Assembly: GCF_001194135.2 (NCBI RefSeq) | Contig: NC_068996.1 | Coordinates: 52,274,799-52,338,798 of the forward strand | DNA length: 64,000 bases | Origin: Octopus bimaculoides | Lineage: Eukaryota | Direction: 5' to 3' | Shown here: positions 1-12,270 of the stretch, piece after piece | How the letters are laid out: every line of letters starts with the position of its first letter | Position numbering within the stretch: the stretch's first letter is position 1 | Made by a program: the position numbers and the translations under genes | The notes under the pieces: generated by a model | Told to the model about the DNA's origin: nothing | What the model saw: the letters and a program-made list of their open reading frames with translations, nothing else | Database searches by the model: none

Positions 1-72
1 GATTTGCTCGACTAAAGGCGGTGCTCCAGTATGGCCACAGACAAAATGACTGAAACAAGTAAAAGAGTAAAA
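1..72 (+). mobile_element. 3' tail of tRNA-derived SINE (family A)
   Basis: GACTAAAGGCGGTGCTCCAG..ATGACTGAAACAAGTAAAAGAG matches the tails of fuller copies at 1923-2305, 4769-5327 and 51050-51447. Confidence 0.8.
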
Positions 73-112
73 GAGTTAATGAAGATGGAGAATAATGCTC
101 AGGTGAATTGAA

Positions 113-114
<2 letters not shown>

Positions 115-160
<46 letters not shown>
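115..160. repeat. (AG)n microsatellite
   Basis: Perfect dinucleotide run. Confidence 0.95.
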
Positions 161-165
<5 letters not shown>

Positions 166-1922
166 GGTAAGAAGTAGGAGAGTTAAACTAAGAACTACAT
201 TTAAACAGAGAAGGAAAAAGCGAGATGGAGGGAAAGAAAACTGGCGGGACTGTATAGTAAAATTTTTAACATTACTGTCTTTAGTTTATCATTGTCAATA
301 TATGAAATCTCTATGTTGCTGTATCCCCTTAGATATTTTTCCAAAGTGAATTCGTACGTGTTGCCAACCAACTATTTCTAAGGTATATATATATTTAAAA
401 GATGCTCGTTCATTTTGAAGTAATTATGAAGAATATGCAAAATATCAATTCTGTAGGCCAATATTTTTCAAGGAAGATATTTACTTGTGTGTGAATGTGA
501 GTGCATGTGTGTCCATCCTAGTCTTTGTTACTCCTGCTCCACATGGAGTATTGGATGATGGGAAATCTCCACTCAGCACCATCACAAGCCCTGTTGTGTG
601 TTTGTTCCCAACTAAGACTTTGCAATACTGAATAACTAAAACTGAATTCCCTTTTTTATATATCCTTTCTTATTCATTATTATTAAAATTTATCTTTCCA
701 TATGCTAGGTCTAAGTTAATTTTATATCTTTTTAAGCTTCGAAATGTCACTATTACATGAGAATATCTACCCTGGGTACCTGGTTGATGCTCAGCAGTCA
801 TTGTTAAATGAAGTGATATCATAGGATAATGGATGAAATACTGTTAAGCATTTTGCCCAGCATGCTAATGAATCCACCAGCTGGCTGCTTTAGTAATAAT
901 AATATGCCTTTCTTAGGCACAAGGGCTCAAAAGAGGGACAGTATAATTCAAAGAAAATTGAAAAGGGAACTTAAAAAGACATGGTGCTTTATGCCTTTCC
1001 TCTGCAATTAAAAGAGATTTCACCTATAATCACAAACAAGTGAACTTTTTCCTTTCTCACACCTCAATGAGGATTGTGGTAGACTGGCATATGTCCTATG
1101 TATAAAATGCTGCCATGTGTTTGTCCTTTGAACAAAATGTTTCATAATGAAATTTTTTTTTTACTTAAAGATATTTCATTCTTTATATTTGCATTATTTG
1201 ACATTATTTGCTAATGTCTGCATCTATATTGTTGTTGTTGTTGTAATTGACAACATCTTCAATCAATATATTTAAATTTGATAGTAAAATGTTATTACTG
1301 TCTCTTTATTCCTAATATATTTTCACTATTAAAATGGCATTCTTTTCTCTGTGTCAAATGCTTTAATTTGTACATTTTTAACTTTGTATTTCAGGGTGTG
1401 ATAAGAAATATTCACCAATTTTCTTTTGTATGCCATCACCATTATTGCTTAATGTCCTCCTTCCATGCTGGCATGGGTCGGATGGTTTGATAAGAGATGG
1501 AGAGCCAAAAGACAATGCTGAGCTCTACTGTCTGCTCAGGTAAGTTCATGAGATTGTGAAAAGAAAGTGGAAAAAAGAAGGAAAGGGTGTTAGGAGGAAG
1601 TGTTGTTAGGGGGAGAAGGGAAGAGATTCAGTGGTGACATTATGTACAGGTAGGTATATGTGAAGGAGCTTGAGAGATAGAGGGGAGGGGAATTCAATGA
1701 GTAGTGAACATGGGCAGGAGAGGAGAGGTGTTGGAAGATGGGATGTGAGGGAGTTTTGTTTTGTCAGGGACATATTGTGTGCAGGGGTGAAGATTAAACA
1801 AAAATAAAATCTCAATCCTTATTTTGCCTTTTGTCAACAATTAGAGAAAGGTTCCAAACTTTAAGGAAGTTACCTATATACAAGTATTTTTGGTATAAAC
1901 TATTTCATCTAATAAAATACTT

Positions 1923-2092
1923 GGAGTGGCTGTGTGGTAAGAAGCTTGCTTCCCAACCACATGGTTCCAAGTTCAGTCCCATTGTGTGGCACCTTGGACA
2001 AGAGTCTTCTACTATAGCCTTGGGCCAACCAAAGCCCTGTGAGTGGATTCAGTAGACAGAAACTGAAAGAAGCCCATTGTGTGTGTAGATAC

Positions 2093-2133
<41 letters not shown>

Positions 2134-2305
2134 TCTCCACCACTACTTGACAACCGATGTTGGTCCCTGTAACTCAGTGGTTCAGCAAAAGAGACTGATA
2201 GAATAAGTACTGGGCTTACAAAAAATAAGTCCTGGGGTTGATTTGTTTGCCTAAAGGCGGTGCTCCAGCATGGCCGCAGTCATATGACTGAAACTAGTAA
2301 AAAGA
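1923..2305 (+). mobile_element. tRNA-derived SINE family A, full length
   Basis: tRNA-like head (TGGCTGTGTGG A-box-like, GTTCAGTCCC B-box-like), CCTTGGACAAG core-like block, internal (TG)n, shared tail; many other copies in the window. Confidence 0.85.
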
Positions 2306-2324
2306 AAAAAATGATAATAATCTT

Positions 2325-2500
2325 TTCTATTATAGGCACAAGCCCTGAAATCATTGAGGGAAGGAGCTTGTTGATTACATCAACCTTCAATGCTCAACTG
2401 ATGCTTATTTCATTGATCCTGAAAGGCAAAATCAACCTCAGCAGCATTTAAACTCAGAATGTAAAGAGCAGGCAAGAAATGCCACTAAATAACATGCTAA
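2325..2500 (-). mobile_element. SINE family D, decayed
   Basis: Reverse-complement similarity to the head and central block (GAGGTCGACTTTGCCTTTCATCC) of the copy at 45661-45890; another copy at about 3222-3385. Confidence 0.65.
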
Positions 2501-2529
2501 CGACTCTACCAGTTAGTTTGGTTTCTCTA

Positions 2530-3215
2530 CCAGCCTTAAGAGAAACCAAAGTGCTAATTGAAGCTACTCAGGAACAAACCATTTAAGATGAATCTGATAA
2601 AGGCAAAGATTGACAAAACTCAAAGAGCAAATGTAGAATCTGCAGGAAAAGAGACAAAAGTAGTAATCATTTCTTGAATGAATGCAGTAAGCTAGCACAA
2701 AATGAGTATAAACAAAATGAGTATAAACACAGAATAGGTAAAAAAGAAATGCATTGGGATGTTAGCTGAATGTGTGGTTTTGAAATAACAGAAAAGTGGT
2801 ATGAAACACAAACCAAAGGCTGTGATAGAGAATAGAAAATACAGGGTTTTATGGGACTTTGTCATAAAGACTGACCAAATAGTTGAAGCAAGAAAACAAG
2901 ATACGATTATAGAAGGCAAAATAAACAGAGTAAGACTATAGACCTTACAATAGCATATGATAATAGAGTGGAGACTGAAGAAAATTTTAAATCTGAAAAA
3001 TATCAAGACTTAACCAGATACATAAAAAGATTTTGGAAGACAACAATTATTCCAGTAGTAATTAGTTCATTTGGCACAACATTCAAACTGCTACCTTTGA
3101 GACTGAAAAGATATTGGAAACCTGTATTCTGTAAGAATCCTAGGACACTTGTCAGTAAAACTAAAGACAACATTTCTGTTAAAAGATTTAGTATATAGTA
3201 GTTAAAATAATAATA
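2530..3215 (+). mobile_element. R4/Dong-type (R2 group) non-LTR retrotransposon 3' remnant: CCHC zinc knuckle + restriction-like endonuclease
   Basis: Decayed translation KCRICRK..HFLNECSKLAQNEYK..EKWYE..LWDFVIKTDQIVEARKQD..EKYQDL..IIPVVISSFG, matching the CCHC and RKPD..D..EKYQDL..PVVIGALG pattern; followed by AAT-rich tail. Confidence 0.8.
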
Positions 3216-3399
3216 GTAATCCTTTCTACTTATAGGCACAAGGCCTGAAATTTTTGAGGGTTGATTACATCAACCTTAGTGCATAACCGGTACTTATTTT
3301 ATCAACCAAGAAAGGATGAAAGGCAAAAGCTGACCATAAGCCAGAAGAAATGCCACTAAGCAACACAAACAATTCTGCCAACTTGTCTTCAATAATAAT

Positions 3400-3700
3400 A
3401 AAACTGAAGGAGTCCAATGAATGGACTTGCATCAACGTAGCTATATCTGCAGACCAAAATATTAAGACAGAGGACATGAGAGTTGAGAAGTACCAAGACT
3501 TAGAATCTATAGGACCTCAAAAGTGAGTGTGGTACCTATTGTGATTGGTGCACTTGGGACCTTTCAAAAAGAGCAATATTTTGTAATCAAAAGCTGCAAA
3601 TACCAAATTTGTTAGGAAGCATCCAGATTGCAGCAATACTTGGAACAGCTCATCTGTTGAGGAAAGTGTTGCATCTCTAAGCTGCAGGATGGAGCTTAGG
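3400..3700 (+). mobile_element. Second R4/Dong-type REL C-terminal remnant
   Basis: NVAISADQNIKTEDMRVEKYQDL..VVPIVIGALGTF..IQIAAILGTAHLLRKVLHL*. Confidence 0.8.
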
Positions 3701-4129
3701 ACTCGACATAGACATACATAAATCAGTTAAGTAAATAATGTATTTGACAATGATAAATAGTAATGATGAAGATTTCTTTTATTAGCCATCAGAGCCTATA
3801 TACAGCTGAAACTGTCAAGGACAGCAGGCAGCTAATGTATGGGCCAGTCCAGTTGCCCATCATTCTGTTACTAATTATAACACATCTAGCACAGAATGCT
3901 AATGAGCTGGGAACATGAAAGAAACCATTTGAAGAAAAGAACTTTAGTACTGAAATACTACTTTATGAGTGAACCATTTAAGAGAGGATATAGGCAAAGA
4001 ATATTGATAGTTTAGAATAAGATAGGTACAAAGAATCTAAACTTGCATGTTCTATAAAGCATAATGGCAACTTATCAAACCGATCCAAAGGTGAAACCGG
4101 AAATATGAGAGGATTTCTGTTTCCTGAGG

Positions 4130-4500
4130 TTAATGTAAGTAAATGAAACATAAAAACCATGTTAAATTACCATTTTGAAGAAGATGAGAAGTGGTGCTAA
4201 GTTTAAGCTGTACTGAATTGACTTTTCTGATACCATGTGGATGAACAATGTTTTGCTAAGCATTACAATACAATTTTTATGCTGTAAGAACCTCATTCAG
4301 TTTGGTGCAGAACTGGTTGTTGTCCTCCTTGGAACAGGTCATTGTTGGAGCATAGGTAGTTATCCAAGTGAGAAATTTCCTTTTGTGGAACGGTATACAG
4401 AAGCCTCGAGTCTCTCCTAGATAGGGACAAACTTTAGAGGAAGTGTATTGTGCAGTTCAGTTTTGATAGCAAATGCTGTACCATGACCCATGACCCCTTC
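4130..4500 (-). mobile_element. RTE-clade LINE AP-endonuclease remnant
   Basis: Minus-strand decayed translation AFAIKTEL..PIxERL..ITTYAPTMTCSKEDNNQFCTKLNEVL resembles the RTE EN motif GFAIK..ERL..SAYAPT. Confidence 0.65.
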
Positions 4501-4768
4501 TCTTATCTTTACTTTTATTACACCAATGGAAGATGAAGAGTTGGGTAAAGAGGGAATAAACCCAAAATGTGGCAAAACGGTAGGTGTGACAAGAAGAACG
4601 AATTATTAAACAAGATAATAGACCAACACAAACAAAATAGTAATGAGAAGTCGGCCAAAGTTAGAAGATATGATAGAAAGACAATTAAAAGAAGGAAATC
4701 CAACAGAAATTTGGGGACATGATAAAAACAGTAAAGCAAAAAAAAAAACAAAAAAAAAAACTGACAAT

Positions 4769-5089
4769 GGCACAGGAGTGGCTGTGTGGTAAGTAGCTTG
4801 CTTACCAACCACATGGTTCCGGGTTGAGTCCCACTGTGTGGCACCTTGGGCAAGTGTCTTCTACTATACCCTCGGGCTGANNNNNNNNNNNNNNNNNNNN
4901 NNNNNNNNNNNNNNNNNNNNNNNNNNNNNNNNNNNNNNNNNNNNNNNNNNNNNNNNNNNNNNNNNNNNNNNNNNNNNNNNNNNNNNNNNNNNNNNNNNNN
5001 NNNNNNNNNNNNNNNNNNNNNNNNNCAAAGCCTTGAGTGGATTTGGTAGACGGAAACTGAAAAGAAGCCCGTGGTATATATATATATAC

Positions 5090-5136
<47 letters not shown>

Positions 5137-5327
5137 TGTATCTGTGTTTGTCCCCCCAACATCGCTTGACAACCGATGCTGGTGTGTTTACGTCCCCGTA
5201 ACTTAGCGGTTTGGCAAAAGAGACCGACAGAATAAGTACTAGGCTTACAAAGAATAAGTCCTGGGATTGGTTTGATTCGACTAAAGGCGGTGCTCCAGCA
5301 TAGCCACAGTCAAATGACTGAAACAAG
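4769..5327 (+). mobile_element. tRNA-derived SINE family A (spans gap)
   Basis: Head GGCACAGGAGTGGCTGTGTGG, internal (TA)n/(TG)n, conserved tail. Confidence 0.85.
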
Positions 5328-5334
5328 CTTATCC

Positions 5335-5560
5335 TAATTATAATAGAAAGCCTCAGAACAGTTGTAAGAATTTTGAAAAGTTGATGAAGGATATTGAAAT
5401 GAATTTCCTGATACTATAGAAAGTTAATATATTTGGCACGGCAAGAACCATAAGAAAGGTGCTAAATTCTTAAGATTACAGGATGCAATTTAATATCTAG
5501 TAATTCAACACTCAAGTACTGAGTTAATGAAAGGAATAATAATAATAATAATAATACAAA
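5335..5560 (+). mobile_element. Third R4/Dong-type 3' end with (AAT)n tail
   Basis: KVNIFGTARTIRKVLNS* then short 3' UTR and (AAT)7. Confidence 0.65.
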
Positions 5561-6389
5561 AGTACAGTAACAACAACAATACTAATTTGCACTGAACAGT
5601 TATAATTCAACTATTTTCTATCAATTTTAAATGTAATGAAAAGTAGTACAACATGACCTATATATATATATATATGTATATATATATTTTTTTTAAATTG
5701 CAAAATATTTTAGCTATTGGTTAGTATTCCATAAATTCTAGAAATTTTAAAAACTCAAGTATAAATAGACTTGGAAATATTTTCTCCTTGTCTTGCTACA
5801 ATATGGAATCCTACTATTTCATAAAAGAATCCAGTTGTTTGGATGTTTGTTGTAGTGAGTTGAAAAAAAAAAGTCTGTTTCTAGAATCACAGGATTGATT
5901 TACCTTATGAAACAATATCCTCCACATGAGCCAACAACAAAACCTCTACAAGGAATTTTAAATTGCTAGAAATAGCAGCCAAATCACCCTTAACCCATAC
6001 TCTAATATCTTAAATAAAGAAAAGAATACATATCTATAGTCTCATATACTCTTAAAAAGATGAAATGGTTAAAGTTAAAATATCTTTGATAATTTCTGCT
6101 TTAGCATGATCGGGCTGGGCTTAAAAAGCATTTTCCTCAACAACAATTTGGCTACAGTTTGAATGCTGAATGAATAATAATATTCCATCCAGACTGTTAA
6201 TGCTCCCAATTGAAATAAGTATCATATGTTTATACCCAAATAATCAATTAGCTATCACTGTGCAAAACTTTCACTTGAGAGGTGATGACTAGAGCTACTC
6301 AACAACAATGTCCAGTAAATAATACAACTTACATAAGTTTATGGTCCATTTTTGCTATGCTGACATGGATTATAGAGGAGGAGATTTAA

Positions 6390-6800
6390 AGCACATATAT
6401 CACTGCATCTCTCATCAAACTTGTCTAACCTTGCCTGTAAGGTCCAACATCCTGAGATTTATCTTTTCCCATAGCCACAAGTATTTCTAATTTCAACATG
6501 TAGCATTTCTTTATCCAATTGTCTCACATGGATCATACCAGTGAAGCCAACCCACTCTAGCTCATACCAATCATGTTCAGTGATTGTTTGTTTGGTTTCC
6601 AGACAATCAGAGATACCAGAGACAAGTTTTATTTTCTCATGCCACATACCAACAATCTCCTTCCCTTCCGATGTGTTGTTAATATCAGTAAAACTTTCAA
6701 CAATGTCTGGCATGAGAATTTTTTTTAATAAAGTTACCTCTATGACTCATTTGTTGGATCAGAAGTTTTAAGTCAGATTACTCAATAGGATTTAGTTCTG
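6390..6800 (+). mobile_element. Highly decayed CR1/L2/Jockey-like reverse transcriptase remnant
   Basis: Plus-strand fragments FGFQTIRDT and KTFNNVWHENFFNKV resemble YGFR..ST and SKAFDRVWH motifs. Confidence 0.45.
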
Positions 6801-7016
6801 TCCCCTCCCTGCATTATTACTTCTGAACATTAACAGCATTGTTGTCATTATTTCTTACTTTCTTAATTACAAACACTTCTTATTACTACACTCAACAGTA
6901 GAAAGGAGCTTCTGAAACATTCCTTTCCTCCCCACAAATAGCATTAAATATATAAATATATAAGTGTCATTACTCAATCAAATACTAGCTGTTTGCCTGT
7001 CTATACGTTTATTCTA

Positions 7017-7143
7017 CAGGGTGTCCACAAAGTCTGGGTACATGAGGACTAACACATACTTTAAGAAATTATTATTTCATATATTTAATTGTTTATGTTA
7101 TGATTTTATTTACTCCATGTAGCCAGACTTTGTGGACACCCTG
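7017..7143. mobile_element. Tc1/mariner-type MITE, 127 bp
   Basis: About 28-bp TIRs CAGGGTGTCCACAAAGTCTGG(G/C)TACATG flanked by TA at 7015-16 and 7144-45. Confidence 0.9.
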
Positions 7144-7209
7144 TATTATACATGTACCATCACAAATGAAACACTGTCTATTGCCAATCCTTGTTTAGGC
7201 AGTTATAAC

Positions 7210-8040
7210 ACACTTGTATCTTAAGTTACAGTTCAAGTTGGAGGAAATCAATCAGAGCACTAATTGTGTGTATCTGTTATCTTACATCATCAGATGTAAT
7301 TCTTCAAACTTCAATCTTCTACATGTAGATATCATCCACATACAAATTAGACACCTCAAATCATACTGTACTATGAACGGAGAATTTAAAAATATCCTCC
7401 AGTGGTGATGGTAGTGGTAGGGGTATGACAATGCAGATGCCATCAACAGGTTCTTAGATGCAACCACTACACTACATAACCATAACCCTGATAATAAAGA
7501 AACAATATTATACTACAGCCAAACTGAGAATGAACGATATACTGCTGAAAAACCTTCAAGAAATTAAAAGACTAGGCTTTACAATAGCTGATGATCTTTC
7601 ACAGCAACAGCGTATATATTAAATTGCCAAAGCAGCATTCCAAAAACCAAGATTCTTCTTTAAGAGTTACAAAATATTTCATACACAAAAACTTGCCAAT
7701 TCTCTAGAATGCTCAAATGGGACCCAAATCAGAATATTTCTCAATGTCTACAATGGTACTGCAGCTACACACAAAAATAGGCTATATTTAAAGATAAGCA
7801 ATCTAGCTATTGGTAAAGATTCACACACCAACACACAACAGCCAGAATCTAACATACACTCTTGCTTCTTTCTGATGGACAAACTTCAGAGAAATATTAC
7901 TTCTGTTGGTAATGAAAGGCCTCTCCCTCAGAGTGATAGACAGATTGTACGATGCCTGGGTACAAACATCAATTTTACATAATAATGAATAATAATGAAT
8001 GCAGAGGTAAAACGAAGGCTTGAAACAAATGAAACTAACA
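7210..8040 (+). mobile_element. Old RTE-like LINE remnant (post-RT region)
   Basis: Fragments such as IAKAAFQK; heavily frameshifted. Confidence 0.4.
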
Positions 8041-8044
8041 TTGC

Positions 8045-9056
8045 TTCACTGAATGTGTAATGTCAGTGTTTTGATAGAAAACCTGGACATAAGAGGCATC
8101 AGATGTAGTGTGCAAGAGAGAAGACGGTGTTGGTAGGTCATGTGATGCATATGGATGAGGACAGCTGCATAAAGAAGTGCCAGTTGCTATAAGTGGAAGG
8201 AACCTGTGGAAGAGGAAGACTCAGAAAGATGTGGGGCAAAGTGGTGGGAAATGGTCTTCAGATGTTGAAACTCACAGAAGAGATGACAAAGGACCGAGAT
8301 GATTGGTGATTTGCTCTGCTTAAGAAGACCCTTCCATGTAAGTAAAATTGAGGCTATAAAGGCATATTGTTTATGTTTATACCCACAGCACATGAATATT
8401 TCTCTCCAACAACATATCTTCCTACTACCTCCCCTTCTTCCACCCGTCTTTGTCCCCTGCTATATCCCTCACTCTCCTTTCTCATGAAATTTGCTCCTGA
8501 TGAATTACTCTCCCTTACTCCACAACATCTCTTTGTAACACCCCCTCCCTCTACCTGCATAAACTCACTGTATTTCCCTCCTGTTCAGCCCCTTTCACAA
8601 TCCTGTGAACTTACCCACTCATCCATCCTATCCAACTCTCTGTACCACTTTACCTGTGAACACCTGATTGTAACTTGAGGACACCCCTACCCACCACATC
8701 ATCATCATCTTCTCTCTCTGTCTATCTATCTCTTTTCCTCTCTCCAACAGGGGTAGCCATCTACTCTACTGCCCCTCTATTTATACACACGCTTCTCATC
8801 CCCTGGCACAAAGCCACCTCCCTCAATACTCTGTTGAGGAGACTTGCCTTAAAAGTTACTTGGTCACCTTACAAGTGCTAGTATCTTACAAAAAGCACCC
8901 AATCCACTTTGCAAATTAGTAGACATTAGGAAACGTATCAGGTCACAGAAAACACGCCAAAGCCAATACGGAGCTTGATGCAGTCCTTTGGCTCACCGGA
9001 ACCTGTCAAACCGTCCAACCCATGACAGCATGGAAAGAGAGATGTTAAATGATGAC
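8045..9056 (+). mobile_element. RTE 3' end, subfamily with pyrimidine-rich 3' UTR
   Basis: GHVMHMDEDSCIKKC..VEGTCGRGR coding end, about 500-bp C/T-rich UTR, shared terminal AAACCGTCCAACCCATG..TTAAATGATG tail. Confidence 0.75.
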
Positions 9057-9251
9057 TGCTACATAAATGGTTTCTTCACTTCTTGATCTTTTATGCTGCA
9101 TGTCATTTCTGAAATGATACAAATGTGAGACAGTTCTTGCAAATTGTCACAATACACCAGTGTAACACTGGTAAAACAAGTCTACACCTTAATATATATA
9201 AATATACGGGATCATATAATCATCAATATTTTATTTGATATATATTTTTTT

Positions 9252-9763
9252 TCTTGTTTCAGTCATTTGACTGCAGTCATGCTGGAGCACTGCCTTTAGT
9301 CAAGCAACTCAACACGAGGACTCATTCTTTGTAAGTCTAGTACTTATTCTATCGGCCTCTTTTGCCAATCCACTAAGTTATGGTGATGTAAACACACCAG
9401 CATCAGTTGTCAAGCGATGTTGGGGGGACAAACACAGACACAAAAACATATACACACACACACATATATATATATATATACATACAAGGGACTTCTTTCA
9501 GTTTCTGTCTACCATATCCACTCACAAGGCTTTGGTTGGCCCAAGGCTATTATATTAAAATTATGAAGGCTCATGGCTTAATGGTTAGGGTATTCATCTC
9601 GTGATTGTAAGGTTGTCATTTCAATTCTCAGTGATACATTGTGCCTTTGAGCAAGACATTTTATTTCACATTGCTCCAATCCACTCATCTGTGCCCAAGG
9701 TGCCAAAGAGTGGGACTGAATCCAGAACCATGTAGTTGGTTACCGTACAGCCATTCCTGTGCC
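9252..9763 (-). mobile_element. SINE family A interrupted by a head fragment of SINE family B (about 9560-9690)
   Basis: Reverse complement of family A tail and head with an unrelated tRNA-like segment between them. Confidence 0.75.
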
Positions 9764-9780
9764 TATATCTACAGTTTTAA

Positions 9781-10114
9781 TGTACTACTACTAACACTGT
9801 CAGTTTCAGCAGTGATGATTCCAGTTGATCCGATCAACGGAACAGCCTGCTCTTGAAAATAACATGCAAGTGGCTGAGCACTCCACAGACACGTGTACCC
9901 TTAACGTAGTTCTCAGGCAGATTCGACATGACACAGAATGTGACAAGGCTGGCCCCTTTGGATTCCAAGTACAATTCATTTTTGCCAGATGAGTGGAGTG
10001 GAGAAATGTGAAATAAAGTGTCTTGCTCAAGGACACAACGCATCACCCGGAATTGAACTCACAACCTTACAATCATGAGATGAATATCCTAACCACTAAG
10101 CCATGAGCCTTCAC
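9781..10114 (-). mobile_element. tRNA-derived SINE family B
   Basis: Minus-strand head GTGAAGGCTCATGGCTTAGTGGTTAGG..GAGTTCAATTCC, body CCTTGAGCAAGACACTTTATTTC, distinct tail. Confidence 0.8.
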
Positions 10115-10629
10115 AATTTTAATATAATGATTTATGGCATATACCTAATATTTTATGAACTAAAAGAGAGGCCAAGTGTTAAAGAAGTCAGCTAAAGAAT
10201 GCAGGAAAAACTGTGCTAATACTGGACGACATAAATTGAAAATGTAAGGTGTTGATAGTGGAGGATCCAAAAGCTTGATGACATTGTAGGAATGATGAGG
10301 TGAAGTCACAAAAATGCAGGTCTCAGGATCAAGTGTGGAGATATGCTATAGAGCAAATCTGTATACAACCTGTGAAAGCAGAGACAGACATTGAACAAGT
10401 GATTTCAATATTAATAATAATAATTTCTGATTTAAGAACAAGGTCAATGATTATGAGCAGAGATCAATACCATTCACCCCAGTACTTGATGGGTACTTTA
10501 TTTTACTGACCACCCCACAGAGAGTAAAATACAAGCCTGGCCTTGGAAGCAAAACATTAGTTTTAACTGAAAGAAGCAAGAAAGGAAAAAATTACCTTGC
10601 ATAATTTAATTTCCTTTGATGTTGCTAAC

Positions 10630-10787
10630 CATTTCTTTCACACTGCAATTCACTCTTAACATTCTTCTTGGTTTTTGTTTTAAAGTTTTCTTGGAATACA
10701 CCTGAAGTAAATCTATTCTGCTGCAAGAAATTAAGAGCTCCCCAGTCCTTGATATTATCCATTTTCTCACAAGAGGAACTGTAGACT
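10630..10787 (-). CDS. Candidate internal exon of an unidentified minus-strand gene
   Basis: Acceptor TGTGTTTTACAG, donor ATG/GTTAGC, open frame VYSSSCEKMDNIKDWGALNFLQQNRFTSGVFQENFKTKTKKNVKSELQCERN (phase 2 to 1). An alternative frame with an earlier CAG/GTGTAT donor is also open. Confidence 0.35.
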
Positions 10788-11925
10788 CTGTAAAACACAG
10801 AAACATCATTTTGAAAAAGCTTAAAAGAAATAAAATATTTTTGTAAGTAAAATGAAAAACTAACTGAAAAGAAAAGCTATGTTCTCTGAAAAAGAATTTT
10901 TTAAAAATAGGTGCACCAGCATGACCGCAGCCACTTGGCTGAAACACATAAATAAATAAAAAATAAAAAAATAAAAAAAAAGTCCATTGATCAATCCAAA
11001 CACTGAAAGCAACATCTTGAGAGGAAATTGAACAACCAATGCAAGAGCCAAATCACCTGTATAACCATCTGATCACTGGCTCGGGAATGAAATTTGCTTA
11101 GGGAGTGCAAATTCAGGCCCCAGAAGTTTGACAAGTAAGGTTATGGTTTCTATTTATTTATTTATGTTCTTTGTTAGAAGAAACCTAATTTAAAGTACAT
11201 TTTACAGGTCACTGTTTTCTAAACCTGAGAAAAGTAAGTAAGGGTGCAAATTTTGATTTTGCACTCAAACAAAACTTTAGTGGGTGCGCTTGCACCCCGT
11301 TCCCATGCTTATGCATGTATGTGATCACTGTACCCCACAACAAGTACCTCTCCTATCTATCACAGGAGGCACAAAGAACTTTCAAATTCATGTATACACA
11401 TGACAGAATTTCTGCCTACCAAATCCACTCACAAGGCTTTGCTTTGCCCAAGGTTATAGTAGAAAACACTTGCCCAAAGTGCCGTGCAGTGGGACTGAAC
11501 CTGGAGTCATATAATTGTGAAGCAAGCTTCTTACCCACTCAGCTGTTAATGATTAATTAGAAAGAAAAAAATTTAGAAAAGAGAGTTCCACATTGCTATA
11601 CAAGATTACATGTGAATATGAAGCAAAGAAGTTTCAGAGATACAAATGTTTTTAAATGCCTTCATTTAGACCAGTTATGGAAACTTAAGACAAAAAGTGA
11701 CTGTCTGCCAGAGATAAGAAAACAAACAAGCATGTGTGTGGATGTGTGTGCGTGCATGGATGCAGGCACACACATACTGAATCACCCTCAACTTGGATGT
11801 AAGTATCTGAAAATTGAAATGTAAAAATAATTATTTTTCAACAAATTATTCATTAAGTAGACCAAAGCTATGAAGGGAGAAACGAACAAACATTTAATCA
11901 AACAAAGATTTATTTCAAACTAAAA

Positions 11926-12235
11926 CTATAATACTTCTTTATGTATAACAGTGCATATGTTTTTCCTGAAATGAGAGTAATCATAACAATTGTTAGTTGT
12001 TCCTATTCTGAAGTACTCTTTATAAACAGATGACCATGAGAGAAGGATTATAATCATAGGTCAACAACTTTCAGCATCCGTCTCTGTAATTTATTGACTG
12101 CCATAGCAAAACATAATTTTACTGGAAATTGTAAAAGAGCTTAAAATGAAAAGATATTTCTGATGTTATTAGAGGCGTCTTAGAAATAAGATTATCTACT
12201 CTTTTGCTGTAGCCAGTTTAAATGTTTAAGTCTGT
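11926..12235 (-). mobile_element. Decayed Helitron RepHel (PIF1-like helicase) C-terminus
   Basis: NLISKTPLITSEISFHFK..LQFPVKLCFAMAVNKLQRRMLKVVDL..FSHGHLF matches the IPRIPLIPSD..RLQFPVxLxFAMTINKSQG..FSHGQLY motif. Confidence 0.8.
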
Positions 12236-12270
12236 ATTTCAAAGCATGAAGCATTTAAACTAAATGCTAA

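Noticed and set aside
5904-5945. 42-nt minus-strand exon (GFVVGSCGGYCFI)
   Set aside because: The acceptor side lies in a dispersed repeat also seen near 55670, and there is no other support.
6459-6713. 84-aa minus-strand ORF as a gene
   Set aside because: The opposite strand carries RT-like motifs and there are no convincing splice sites.
11075-11310. hAT-like MITE with two GC-rich hairpins
   Set aside because: TIRs are too degenerate and no TSD could be identified.
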